Origin: Botryllus schlosseri
Taxonomy: Eukaryota
Assembly (NCBI GenBank): GCA_051294905.1
Contig: CM119371.1
Location: 40,054,001 to 40,118,000, forward strand
Direction: 5' to 3'
Length of the DNA: 64,000 nt
Part shown: positions 1 to 13,800 of the stretch, one piece after another
How the letters are laid out: each line of letters opens with the position of its first letter
Position numbering within the stretch: the stretch's first letter is position 1
Translations under genes and position numbers: made by a program
The notes under the pieces: generated by a model
Database searches by the model: none
Told to the model about the DNA's origin: nothing
What the model saw: the letters and a program-made list of their open reading frames with translations, nothing else

Positions 1-972
1 TTCCAGTCAAAGTCTTGATAAATCAATTTTTATAACTCTGTTTGGTGATATCGAATGGTTCGCTTTCATAATATACTAATATTACTCATTTTAAGCAGTT
101 TCTGGTCACACTTTCAAGTACCAGTACCACGAAATCCCAATAGTGTGGTTAGGCTACAGTACTTTACTATTCTTCAACATTACAATGAAATGTCTGTCTT
201 GGCCGGCTGAGTCTCGATTCATATGACTTGGTTCGAGTGATGCGCAATGACTCGAGTTCAAGTCGAATCAATACACTACCAAAAATAAGACAAATTTGGT
301 CTTATGGTCTCAAAGTGACTTTTTATGACAAATGTCTTAAAGACAAATCTGTCTCAATAAGAATCTTTCGTCTCAAAATTAAGACCATTTTCGCTTGAAA
401 CCAAGAGACAAATTGCATGTCTTATAAAGCAGAATCAGTATTAATTTCAAGACCAAATAATCTTGACAATTCAATATGGCCTTGAAAAGTTTGATCAGTC
501 CTAATTTTAAGATCGAATAATCTTGACAATTTAGTAGGGCCTATGTCATACAAAGCTGGAACAGTCTCAATTTCAAGACCTAATAATCTTGACAATTCAA
601 TATGGCCCTAATTTCAAGACCGAATAATCTTGATATGATTGAATATGGTACCGTATCAAATAGCTGAATCAGTCTTCATTTTAAGACCAACTAATCTTGA
701 CGATTCAATATGTTCTTGAAAAGCTGAATCAGTCTCGATTTCAAGACCTCACTTCATCAGTAAGACTGAATTTGCTGAAAATGAGACCAAATCCGGTAGT
801 GTCCTAAATTTGAGCCCAAAATTGTAAATTATTTTTTGTAGTGATACCGGTACACAGATTGACCTCAGTCTAGTCATTTCCGTATTTTGAGAAAAAAATA
901 CTCTCCAGTCACGTCGAGTCATCATAAAATCGTGACTCGAGTCGAGCCATGACTCGAGTCATTACAACCCTG
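1..972 (-). mobile_element. hAT-like MITE of the GACTCGAGTC-rich family (TIR CAGGGTTGTAA), cut by the window edge and interrupted by a CACTA element
   Basis: Ends in ...ttacaaccctg at 972, has GACTCGAGTC subterminal repeats, and is the reverse complement of copies at 17029 and 26898. Confidence 0.75.
274..843. mobile_element. Non-autonomous CACTA element (570 bp)
   Basis: Termini CACTACCAAAAA / TTTTTTGTAGTG, 3-bp TSD ATA (271-273, 844-846), many AAGAC/GTCTT subterminal repeats. Confidence 0.8.
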
Positions 973-1221
973 ATTGAAAACTTGTGCTGTTTAATTTGCA
1001 TTTGAACATAGCAATTATTGCAGTCACCAATCACCATTCAGCAGAGCCAGTGTCCCATAAATCAGGTTGCAACCACTCTATACTTCACTCTTTCTGTACT
1101 ATCTCTCATGACGTCAATCCATTACAATGGACAAACGAAACTCAGACAACGGAATCACAGTTGAAATCGACACTCAGACTATAGGTTAGTAATCTGCTCA
1201 CACCTCAGAGCTCAGACTATA

Positions 1222-1789
1222 GATTACTAACCTACGGATAGATACGCAGGTCCCGCCGTTACGCTCCGGCAAGCAGTTACACTTGTTGCTGAGCAATCTA
1301 AAAGCAGCATAATCGATGGTGTTATAGTTCGCGACCTGAGGGCTGAAATTTAATGAAACTGGTCTTAATCGAGAGCTACTGCCGCACTGATTCCAAAAAT
1401 ACAAATTAAAATCTTGACGGGGATACGGAACCACCTCAAAACAACCCTCAAAATCCGAAAATCGGCATTGTTGTAACAATGGCACCTACCGCAACACGAT
1501 AAACGTAACAATTGCAATTTCATCAAGCGATTGTTCAGAACAATGCCGATTTTCATATTTCAAGGGATGTTTTGACGTGGTTCCCTTTCCCCGACAAGAT
1601 TTTAATTTGTATTCTCAGAATCAGTTTGACAGTAGCTCTCAATTAAGACCAGTTTCATTAAATTTCAGCGCTCGGGTCGCAAGTTATAACACCACCAAAT
1701 ATGCTGCTTTTAGATTGCTCAGCAACAAGTGTAACTGCTTGCCGGAGCGTAACGGCGGGACCTGCGTATCTATCCGTAGGTTAGTAATC
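1222..1789. mobile_element. Palindromic (foldback) MITE with ~220-bp inverted arms
   Basis: gattactaacctacggatag... mirrors ...ctatccgtaggttagtaatc; ORFs 1198-1485(-) and 1577-1813(+) are mirror translations; related partial copy from ~2149. Confidence 0.8.
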
Positions 1790-3148
1790 AGCCCCACACA
1801 AGAGCATCACTAACGCACTGATCAACACTCCTAGGCGTTGACTTTCAAATTGTTTAATGGTCTCTCGTTTAAATAATATAGAAAAGCACCATAATTAGTG
1901 CTGGTCAAAATCGTGTACCTGAGTGATTTGATTCTGAATCACGTATTATGCTTCGAGTCGAGTCGAGTATTCGAGTATCGAATGTAACATTCGATAATTC
2001 GAGTATCAATCATTATGACGTCACAATAGAATGTACTATGTCAAAGTTCAAATATGTATCTTTCATTTTAGATAAATTAGATAACATTAGTTATCTATAC
2101 TTTTATGGCACCACAAAAAACATAATGCCTGTTATCTATTATAGATAACTAACCTACGGTGCAGCACAATGACCATAACAACGGTCCGTGCGTGGTTGCG
2201 ATTGTTTAGAACAATGCCGATTTCCAGACTTTGAAGGCTATTTCGAGGTGGTTCCATTGCCTTGATGAAAGCATAGTGTCCTATATGGTGTCGACACAAG
2301 CAAATCGCACGGTTCAATGAAATTGTAAACGTCACAGTTTCCATTTGGCTACAGGCAATTTGACGGTGATTTTTGACCGGCTTGCCGAGCATTACATTTG
2401 ATGAATTGGGTATCAATCGAAAGCTGACGCTGTACTGCTTGCGAAAATATAAATTTTATTCCACTCATGGCCCTGGAACCCCCACAATCAGCCCCAAATT
2501 ATTCATTGTCGAGTAGATTGGCAGTGTGACGCAACAATGCTGTCTGGCGAAACGAGAGACTAGCTCAAGAGCAAGGATGCGGCCGAGCGGCGAGAGTGGG
2601 ATCAGCTGACGTCGCGGCAATAGCGATGTGCAACTATAGAGATTGAGCACCATAAACATGTTAGCTTCGAACACGCTTCTACTATGTGTAGACTGCTACC
2701 AGGCATAACTAAAAGTGTCATCTGTCTGTATTTGATTATCAATTTGAAGACTTCGTTCTATTGGCCTGTAATTAAGTCTTACATCTGGTTACAACTATCC
2801 GCACCAAAAGTTACAGTTACCTGACAATAGCCGAAAAAATCAGCCATAATATCCGAATTCTATATTCGACTGCCATAAAATTGTCTAATAAGACTCTCTT
2901 TCTCTCTCTAATAATATACACCAATCGAGTCTCCTCACATCCCGATAAAGCGACGGAAATGTCAAGCTCAAATGATTAATTACTGTTTATTTCACACCAA
3001 TTCTACACATTATATAACATGAAAATGCACTACACGAGGAAAATACAGTCGCCGATAATTCAGCCTCTTCACGCCACGCCCAAGGTGAAAGTACTTGGAA
3101 GTCATTCATCAAACCCTGGGTTGTGGGTATTATCAGTGTTGTCTCACA

Positions 3149-3404
3149 TAGGGTTACCATACGTGTCCTCAGGGAGGGCGCCTAAATATCTGGTTAAATA
3201 TATGTTAAAAATGTACTGAAATATAACGGATAAAGTGGGTGAATCAGGAGTCGAATCGACCTGATGACCTTTTTTTAGACGACCAACTTCTAACATTAAA
3301 TAAATTTACCAATGTTTTCGGATATTTCTCCTGTATTGTAAGTACCGTACATAAATTTTTACGATAGTGTCCTCTTTTCAGATTCCCAAAATATGGCAAC
3401 CGTA
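3149..3404 (+). mobile_element. Decayed hAT-like MITE (TAGGGTTACCATA family)
   Basis: Termini tagggttaccatacg / atatggcaaccgta match copies at 34624, 35584 and 51907. Confidence 0.6.
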
Positions 3405-3515
3405 TTTCGCATCAATCACAAGACGTGTAATAATGGTCAACAACAACAAGTTATAGGGTGCCGATCAGTTAATCATAATAATTCTGTTATAAGTGAATAA
3501 TGAATCCTATTTTAA

Positions 3516-3652
3516 CAGTATATTCCTATTGAAAGAACCCGAATACTTTCGGCTGACACTCGTCAGGGGTGATTGTCAGCAACTAGTACAGAATTGGAAA
3601 GAATAAATATACTATTCAATTGTATCTTGAAATTCTGTACCTCCAAGAAGCT
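3516..3652. mobile_element. Diverged remnant of the Penelope-like hammerhead-containing repeat
   Basis: 3516-3603 aligns with 27137-27224; 3607-3652 is the reverse complement of ~27099-27144; hammerhead motif on the minus strand at 3537-3570. Confidence 0.6.
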
Positions 3653-4736
3653 CTTTGAATCACATTTATTCAGTTATCAGAAATTCCGATTATTATACAT
3701 TTAGAAATTGTCTCTTTATCGGTAAACTTCAGTAGGCCCTATGGTAGGTCATTGAGAATTACACAGTCGCATTTTAATTAAAAAAAAACGGCCACTGAGG
3801 GGTACAAGCCGATGATAGTTTGGTTTGTGCATGTAGAATCACCAAGGTCGCAGAAAATGCAAACAACTGAACATCGATATGGACGCATTAATAATCATTC
3901 GTTTCAAGTACAGGGACCGTCATTCAACAACAGGATAACATCAGGGTTTTTGGCGAGAATTATCGATGAAATAATTTAGCAATGGAAGTTATAAACCCGG
4001 TTATATTAATATTCACTTTTTCTGCTGACGTCAACTGCACTAAAGACAAAGAAATTGATCACAAGATGATGACGGAACATATAAGATAACACATAATTGA
4101 TATTACATTGGGGTTCTTACACTAGATACATTCATGTTCAACAAAAAATTTTTTTTTCATTATTTTAGATATTTTTTTTTATTTTTATTGTATTTTGTTT
4201 GTATCACAATTCAAAATGTTAAAATACTATACACACGATACATTTAGGATCGATAACATTTTTTTATCATGTTTTTTGTACTTTTATCATATTCAATTAA
4301 TAAAAGATATAAAAATTCTTGATCACTTACACACCTTGAGAATTTAGTATATGTATACATACATGTAGCTACCTTCTACAATCATCGTGGAAGTTCGCAT
4401 GAAATGTAAATCGGCCTTGAGATTGTAACATCACGAATATACATGACAACAAGTGTAAGAACTGGTCGATATATTGATTAGAGTTGGTCAACAATACTGA
4501 TTTGACAAATAAATCCCAGCATAATTATACTTCGTCATTCTCCGACCTGATGATGTAGAAACAGAACATTGGTTGCAACAACGAAATATACACTATAACG
4601 ACAATTCATCATATAAGACACTTCATTGTAACTTGCGTATCAATCATGTTAAAAGCAGAACATCCTACGTAATACCGGATAGTAGTGGAATAACTTTTCT
4701 GTTTAAATCCATTTAATCAGTAATAACACCGTAAAA

Positions 4737-5411
4737 CAGTGGTTCCCGACCTTTTTCGTCTCGTGCCCCCCTTGGCCGATATTATTAACTAAAATTCCTC
4801 CCCTATGACTAAAAAATGTGTTTTTTTAACGCGCAACCATTTGTTGAGCAATTGAGCAATTAATCGCCAAACATATTCAGATACGTCCGAACTATGGCGA
4901 ATGCGCACTAGACTTTGGTGAAGTAGCCTAAAGTCACGACGAAAAATAAATCACCAAGTCCGCTTGCTATGGACTTGGGTTGACTCGATGAATTTGGTAC
5001 GGTATGTCTTTCACGTTCGCTCATATGTTGGCTTAAAAAGTTGAATAATCTCACTAGCGGCCTTGTGCTGAATTCGGCCTGACGTTTTCTTGCTTAGTAG
5101 CAATTTGATCGAGAGGCTGTCGCGGACCCAACGAAATCGTCTCGTGAGCCTCACTTTATCAGGGGGTGTAATATCTACGGAAGACGCCTAGCTTGGAATC
5201 CGCCAAAGAAACATACAATTGTAAAAAACTAATTTCTACTTTACAGTTCTGACTTCTGTACCATAAAAATCTAAAAACCTTGTGAACCCAGTGTATCTTC
5301 CGATACAATGCCAAAGCCCGATTTCCCCTAAAAAATTAAGCTAGATTCCCCCCTAAAAATTCCAAAATCCCCCAAGTGGGAATTCCCCCCCCCCCCGGTT
5401 AAGAACCACTG
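4737..5411. mobile_element. hAT-like MITE
   Basis: TIR cagtggttc / gaaccactg, TSD ccgtaaaa / ccgtagaa. Confidence 0.75.
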
Positions 5412-6309
5412 CCGTAGAATATCCACCTGATGGAAAAGCGAGAATCGAAACGATATTTGCGGATATGAATGTTGTTTTTGTTGTGTTGTTAAACTTGCGC
5501 AACTTTTTCCGCTTACCTAACTGTGAAATGCACGATATAAATCGAATCATTACATTGTAATGTGTCAATTGTGTCAATCGAATGCAAGATCGTCAGCTTG
5601 AATTCTGAAATGCAACGCAGTCATTCCGCTCGCAAATCTCAATTTTGTTGTTGACGAATATTGCTGGCTCTTGTACATGATTACCGTTGCTGCATCTGCC
5701 GTCTCTTCTCTTGTTGTATCGACTCCCTTTTCTCATACTCTCTGAAAAACAAGTACCTCTGAATAAATCGATATCCTAGTTAATCAAACAAGTTTGCCAA
5801 CTATTCGGATGATCAGACGGAGATGTACCGTTCGCTCGTTTACGTCATTACAGCGTGTAAAATAGAATTTGACTTTTTGTAAACGACCTGGGCTCATAGT
5901 CGGATGCATTGCAAGGATTTAATCTACAGACGGACTATGGATTTCTGTTTTTGCAAGACGATTCTCAAGCATCTTCAGCTCACAATCCAATATACAGCGA
6001 CATATCAATCCAGTACACGCCTTTCTTGAAAATAAACTTGCAGACAACACTTCGTATGTCAGGGAGCGGGACGATATACATTCTAGTGGACTTTGTTGAC
6101 ACTTTACATTTCCAGTAGGTAAATTACAGTGCCGTTAAAATGTCTATTATCAATGACACTTGGAAAGATAGCTCAACACTTTGTTTGATAGAAAGTGTCT
6201 TCTTAGTGCCACTGGGATCATCTTTATGAGTGGAAATGTCATAAAAAATAGGGTCGAGCATTTCTGTATCAAGGTAACCCTAAATAGGTGACGATAAGCG
6301 TACTGGTAG

Positions 6310-6726
6310 CACACTTGGATAATTGGATAATTCTAGTCGTCTAATTAGACTAAATAGAGTGAAATGCGGGTAATCTAATTCGAATCTGATTTGTGAAATG
6401 ATTCGTTGCCGTCATTCCCATTCTAATCTAATTTCCGGTTTTCCTGTAAATGCTACAGAGAGAACAGTATAGTGCGAAAATATTCAAGCTTGCTGTACAG
6501 ACATATTCTAATATCATGCTCATGAGCAGGCACCATGATTTGAGATGCAAGACATGATGAAATGTTCAAGTTTTCGCGAATGCAGTCATTCTAATTCCAA
6601 TCTAATTTGAAAAAAGCTGTGTAGCTATCATTTTAATCTAATTCAATTTGGAAATAACTGTATAACTCTAGTTCTAATTCTGCTACAATTTGAAAAAGCT
6701 GGAAATTTTATAGTTGTCCAAATCTG
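6310..6726 (+). mobile_element. hAT-like MITE with TCTAAT subterminal repeats (progenitor family of the 10.9-15.0 kb satellite)
   Basis: TIR cacacttggataat / tagttgtccaaatctg, TSD actggtag / actggtat. Confidence 0.7.
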
Positions 6727-7529
6727 ACTGGTATTAATCACAAAATCGCGTCTACCTGCACGTCAATTTTTGACGACACGTTGATCCATACGATACGTAC
6801 AAAAATTAGTAAGTTGTCACTTGCGATTACCTAAGAAAGTATGACACAACCTGTCCAAATAATGGTATTTTATATTCCCATACTTGAGTAATTTTCAACC
6901 TTCATTTACAATACCCAAGAAAAAAATGGACGGGATCACTCCAACTTTTGCACGAGTCGAATCAATGACTATTTCGATAGTTTCTGCAAACGATACGACC
7001 ACATATTCCGACCATCTACTCTATTTTTTACTTCAAGCAGCTAATCAAGTCGGACGGATTATTTTTATACTTTTGTTGTGTTAATAATGCAAGCATCTCG
7101 TCAAATGTCAAGATTTAAATCCAATATTTTTCGCGAGAAAATGCGATCTATGTCATTCGAATGCAGAAAGTAATCATGCATTGACGTGACGCATGAATGT
7201 CGAAGCTCAAATTCAGTGTCATAGATTGGCAGAGGTTGTCAGTAACCAAGTACTTCTACTTTTTCCAATTATAAAAGTCATTTGGCCCGATTTCACTACT
7301 TACTGGGATGCATGGCATTGCTATTATATTCTTGCAGAATAAACAATGTTTTTCAACGACGCTTCGTTTGATGCACCGTGTGACATCGATCGTTATGACG
7401 ACACTATACGACACCACAATAATATTTATTCAAAAATTACAGTGCATGAGAATGAATCGAGCATGGAATGGAAGGATTAATCCCAACACTCATTTCTAGA
7501 ACGGGTCAGACTTCGCAACATCGACTCAC

Positions 7530-7581
7530 CTGTACAAAAATGCACGGTCGAGTAGCTGCCAGGCATCTCTTTCTCGATCCA
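7530..7581 (-). other. Candidate small internal exon of an unidentified gene
   Basis: Strong acceptor ctttctcatttcag and donor gtgagt around an open 52-nt segment; no recognisable homology. Confidence 0.3.
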
Positions 7582-8826
7582 CTGAAATGAGAAAGAATTT
7601 AGAGAATATATAATACTTGTTATTAAATGATGTAGCGCTGGTAAAAATCAAAATCCTATAACTGATTAGAATTTCAAATCCGAATCCAAAATTAATTTTG
7701 TATCGGTGGTCAGTAACGAACTACTTCTACTTAATCAGGGTACACAAGTAGTGTTGCCTACTTGCACCGCTTCATCAAGTCGTTACAATTTTAAAATACT
7801 TCCATTTTTACTTGTTCCAACAGTTTTTTGACAAAACTACTTACTTCGTAAAATTTGGATTTTGAAGAGTAGCAAGTAGTTCCGGGATGATTTTTCGTCT
7901 TTTTTGTTCGGTGAAAGTGTCATAGGAGTCGCGTGCAACAGCCCATGTATCGTGGTAACTTGACATATATTTTACAATATTTCGCTCACTTGCCGTGTAT
8001 TTAGTCATTTTGCATTAGTCGTGATGATATCTCAAGATTGCATTTTGAAAAGTAAATATCTTTCGTTAACCGCTAAAAGTAAGCGACCCGGCAACTAAAT
8101 CTACTTTAGAAACGACTCACTTGAACGCACTTACGATCATTCAGGAACTCGCGTCAGCAACTTTCAGAACCAATGGGTGTCAGTATGACCACCAGATGTC
8201 GCAAAAGATCCATATAGAGCACAGTATTTTCTCCTATGGTTACGAAAATATTCGAGTCCCCAAATTTTTTTGACTCAACACCCCCTCATTAAGCACTATG
8301 TATCTTTATCACAACCCCAAAAGCTAGGTTGTCATCAGCTGCGAAGTACTTCTACTTTTTCCTGGTACTCAACTAGTTTATAGCGACTGGTGTACTTACT
8401 CAAGAAGTTTCAATTGAATACTATTTCTACATCAGTTTTTTAATGCGAGGAAACTCAATTTTGCATTCTTGATATTGTCAATTGAAAAGTAGTTTTTAGA
8501 CGCGCTTCAACGACGTCATACTTCAAAATTGACAAGACTTCATAAACAAGTTCACGATCAGCGACGTATGGGAAATCATGCGTAAAACAATGATTCGTAT
8601 TAAATATTAAATATAGGATATCGAATTACACTGCTATTCACTACTACCGAGCGTTATCAGGTAACCGTGATAATGACGCTACGTCACACCATAGCATGTC
8701 ATCACCACAAGATTTCAAGTTGCGTTAGTAACGCATCGGGCATGTAACGTGAAATGAGCATTTCATGCAAAATGATCGCAAAACTTATATATATACGTAA
8801 TATAACACCTCTACCTAATAGTATAA

Positions 8827-10539
8827 CTAACCAAACCATGACTCACATTTTAAAACTTCCAACTCAGCATCGATATCATTTGCTATCTTCTGCGCTTTCT
8901 TCAAATCGTCTCCTTTCCACATATCGGCTTCATTCCGGTATATCAATGTTACTTTCTTCAAATTAGAGTTGTTGACGAGAGACGAAACGTCATCGACTGA
9001 AGCACGACCTCCAAAGTAGAATATGCATCTGATGCATTCGATCTGCGACGGGAGAATATTACTAATAATATTGTATATTATAACGATGCTTCTTGCTATT
9101 GCTAGCCTCTTCACCAGGGGCTATGATTTGTTACATGGCACTTTAGATCAGGGGTGGCCAACCTTTTTGCTGTTCACGGCCACATTTCGATTACTCATGT
9201 CGCCTACGGTTGCATTCCAGGACGGAGTCGTAATGAACTAACTTGATGCCAAATATCCATATTAAACTGCCCACGTCCATTTTCGGTGAACTCCGGAATA
9301 CTCTATTTATACATATGGGCACACTCATTTCTGGAACCAATTGTGGTCGCACGAGCAGTGAATTTTTTTTCAGATTCGGGGATGAATTTTTTCATTAATA
9401 TTAGTAGTTTCACATATTACTGCCAAACATTTCATTTTTCTTTTCTCAGCCCATGTGATCAGATTCACCGGTTGAGTTCATGGAGGTGGGCGTTTCCGAA
9501 AATCTCAGGCAAATCATAATTGATGATTGATCTTCTGGTGGGCCGATTGTTAGTAGGCACTTTGTTGCATCCTAACTGTTGTTATTCCACCTCCCGTCAG
9601 GATTGTCAGTATATAGTGGAAATATATTGAATTCGCCCAATAGTACCGGAATCAATTTTCTTTCGTGAGGAGCACACGATTCCAAGTTGGTATTTGTATA
9701 TGGGACCTTCATTTTCATATGCTGTTCACATCTGTACTGCGGGGCTTCGATTGCAAAGCACGCTCTTATATTAAAATCGCGCAAAAAAAATTTCCATATT
9801 GATCACTATCGGTAGTCAATTTGTAAATTGAATATGCATGTTGAAGGTCACCAAAAAATTATAATTGAATTACGTGTCGAAGGCCGCACAAATTCCATTC
9901 TACGGCCTCAGGTTGGCCATCCCTGCTTTAGATAAACTTATTGATAAGAAGCACCAACTCCGCAACTGGGGTGGATATCTAGGACAAGAAAAATAACTTA
10001 ATTCATGTGAAGGAGATTGGAGCTGACCGACAGGAATAAATAATAAACGTGCGTTGCTGGAATATGTACGTTGATTATCTGCAAATAACACCGGATCATA
10101 ATTATTACCTTCTTTTGCTTGCAAGCTTCAACAATATTTCTGAATTCATCTTCTTCCCGGAAGTCGAACATTGCATGGATACTGCCAAAAGCGGAAATTT
10201 CTCTGGCACGGTTCAAATGTCTGTTGTAATCATCGACAGAAATGTGGCCATTCACAGCAATTTCCAAGACATCCATCTTAAATGCGAAAGACATTATGTT
10301 AAATCTTGAAACAAGATTCGGTAATTTGATTAAAGACAGTTATTCCCGGAAGTTAAGATTGACGCCTTAAGAATGATCAATTCCGATTCTCAAGATATAA
10401 TGATAGGAAAATATAAATGCGTTTGAAAGCATTCTGAAAATCGAATGAGGAATCGTACTTGATACTTTTTCCGGGAAGTTTCAATTACCGACCAATCGAT
10501 ATCTTCTTCCTCCGTGCAATCGAGCAATATCTTGCTTAT
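8827..10539 (-). pseudogene. Decayed coding exon, possibly the last exon of the NACHT gene, split by a hAT MITE
   Basis: Acceptor ttgtgttcag, then protein-like frames (ISKILLDCTEEEDIDW..., MDVLEIAVNGHISVDDY..., ...LKKVTLIYRNEADMWKGDDLKKAQ...) broken by stops, frameshifts and the 9149-9925 insertion. Confidence 0.45.
9149..9925. mobile_element. hAT MITE
   Basis: TIR caggggtggccaacc / ggttggccatccctg; perfect 8-bp TSD CTTTAGAT. Confidence 0.9.
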
Positions 10540-10863
10540 CTGAACACAATATTGACTTCATGAGATAAGATGACATCATCGTGACGTGATCATGTATTGA
10601 AATCGATATTCATGTATTTACAGTTTATTAGTGATTTGTTTCAATATTTGATTGTACACAATGCATACACTTCATTGGTTTTAGTCGCATTCCTGAGCAT
10701 GAACTCTCGTTAAAATCAACTCGTGAATATTCTTTGTATTGTATAAAGTAGTGGTGGTCAAAGTAGTCGTCGGTGATACTCAAGTAAAAGTATTCAAGTA
10801 CATTTCTACTCAAGTAATATTAGTGATATACTAGTAAGTAAAAAACAGAGTACTTCAGGGCAA

Positions 10864-13800
10864 AGAATTAAAACTGGAGTTGTACAGTTTTTTAAAATTA
10901 GATTAGAATTAGAATTGGAGCTACACAGTTTTTTTTCAAATAAGATTAGAATTAGAGCTATTCAGTTTTTTTTAAATAAAATCATAATTAGAGCTACACA
11001 GTACAAATAACATTAGGATTAGAATTAGAGCTACACAGATTTTTTTTCCAAATAAGATTAGAATCAGAGCTATTCATTTTTAAAAAAATAAAATTATAAT
11101 TAGAGCTACACAGTTTTTTCCAAATAAGATTAGAATCAGAGCTATTCAGTTTTTTTTAAATAAAATTAAAATTAGAGCTACACAGTTTTTTCCAAATAAG
11201 ATTAGAATAGGAGCTATTTAGTTTTTTTAAATAAAATTATAATTAGAGCTACACAGTACAAATAACATTAGGATTAGAATTAGAGCTACACAGTTTTTTT
11301 TTCCAAATAAGATTAGAATCAAAGCTATTCGGTTTTTTTCAAATAAAATTATAATTAGAGCTACACAGTACAAATAACATTAGGATTAGAATTAGAGCTA
11401 CACAGTTTTTTCCAAATAAGATGAGAATCAGAGCTATTCAGTTTTTTAAAATAAAATTATAATTAGAGCTACACAGTTTTTCCAAATAAGATTAGAATCA
11501 GAGCTATTCAGTTTTTTTTAAATAAAATTATAATTAGGGCTACACAGTTTTTCCAAATAAGATTAGAATCAGAGCTATTCAGTTTTTTTTAAATAAAATT
11601 ATAATTAGAGCTACACAGTACAAATAACATTAGGATTAGAATTAGAGCTACACAGTTTTTTTTTTCCAAATAAGATTAGAATCAGAGCTATTCAGTTTTT
11701 TAAAATAAAATTATAATTAGAGCTACACAGTTTTTCCAAATAAGATTAGAATCAGAGCTATTCAGTTTTTTTTAAATAAAATTATAATTAGAGCTACACA
11801 GTACAAATAACATTAGGATTAGAATTAGAGCTACACAGTTTTTTTTTCCAAATAAGATTAGAATCAAAGCTATTCGGTTTTTTTCAAATAAAATTATAAT
11901 TAGAGCTACACAGTACAAATAACATTAGGATTAGAATTAGAGCTACACAGTTTTTTTTCCAAATAAGATTAGAATCAGAGCTATTGAGTGTTTTTAAATA
12001 AAATTATAATTAGGGCTACACAGTTTTTTCCAAATAAGATGAGAATCAGAGCTATTCAGGTTTTTAAAATAAAATTATAATTAGAGCTACACAGTTTTTC
12101 CAAATAAGATTAGAATCAGAGCTATTCAGTTTTTTTTAAATAAAATTATAATTAGAGCTACACAGTACAAATAACATTAGGATTAGAATTAGAGCTACAC
12201 AGTTTTTTTTTCCAAATAAGATTAGAATCAAAGCTATTCGGTTTTTTTCAAATAAAATTATAATTAGAGCTACACAGTACAAATAACATTAGGATTAGAA
12301 TTAGAGCTACACAGTTTTTTTTCCAAATAAGATTAGAATCAGAGCTATTGAGTGTTTTTAAATAAAATTATAATTAGGGCTACACAGTTTTTTCCAAATA
12401 AGATGAGAATCAGAGCTATTCAGGTTTTTAAAATAAAATTATAATTAGAGCTACACAGTACAAATAACATTAGGATTAGAATTAGAGCTACACAGTTTTT
12501 TTTCCAAATAAGATTAGAATCAGAGCTATTCATTTTTTTTAAAATAAAATTATAATTAGAGCTACACAGTTTTTTCCAAATAAGATTAGAATCAGAGCTA
12601 TTCAGTTTTTAAAATAAAATTATAATTAGAGCTACACAGTTTTTTCCAATAAGATTAGAATCAGAGCTATTCATTTTTTTAAAATAAAATTATAATTAGA
12701 GCTACACAGTTTTTCCAAATAAGATTAGAATCAGAGCTATTCAGTTTGTTTTAAATAAAATTATAATTAGGGCTACACAGTTTTTTCCAAATAAGATGAG
12801 AATCAGAGCTATTCAGTTTTTTAAAATAAAATTATAATTAGAGCTACACAGTTTTTCCAAATAAGATTAGAATCAGAGCTATTCAGTTTTTTTTAAATAA
12901 AATTATAATTAGGGCTACACAGTTTTTCCAAATAAGATTAGAATCAGAGCTATTCAGTTTTTTTTAAATAAAATTATAATTAGAGCTACACAGTACAAAT
13001 AACATTAGGATTAGAATTAGAGCTACACAGTTTTTTTTCCAAATAAGATTAGAATCAGAGCTATTGAGTGTTTTTAAATAAAATTATAATTAGGGCTACA
13101 CAGTTTTTTCCAAATAAGATTAGAATCAGAGCTATTCAGTTTTTTTTAAATAAAATTATAATTAGGGCTACACAGTTTTTTCCAAATAAGATGAGAATCA
13201 GAGCTATTCAGTTTTTTAAAATAAAATTATAATTAGAGCTACACAGTTTTTCCAAATAAGATTAGAATCAGAGCTATTCAGTTTTTTTTAAATAAAATTA
13301 TAATTAGGGCTACACAGTTTTTTCCAAATAAGATGAGAATCAGAGCTATTCAGTTTTTTAAAATAAAATTATAATTAGAGCTACACAGTTTTTCCAAATA
13401 AGATTAGAATCAGAGCTATTCAGTTTTTTTTAAATAAAATTATAATTAGAGCTACACAGTACAAATAACATTAGGATTATAATTAGAGCTACACAGATTT
13501 TTTTTCCAAATAAGATTAGAATCAGAGCTACACAGTTTTTTCCAAATAAGATTAGAATCAGAGCTACACAGTTTTTTCCAAATAAGATTAGAATCAGAGC
13601 TATTCAGTTTTTTTTAAATAAAATTATAATTAGAGCTACACAGTACAAATAACATTAGGATTAGAATTAGAGCTACACAGTTTTTTTTTTCCAAATAAGA
13701 TTAGAATCAGAGCTATTGAGTGTTTTTAAATAAAATTATAATTAGGGCTACACAGTTTTTTCCAAATAAGATGAGAATCAGAGCTATTCATTTTTTTAAA

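Noticed and set aside
729..766. CTGATGA...GAAA on the minus strand; a similar motif at ~4547
   Set aside because: No valid NUH triplet or stem I pairing; chance matches.
5430..6120. Possible exons of another minus-strand gene
   Set aside because: Splice-like sites are present, but no consistent frame or homology could be established.
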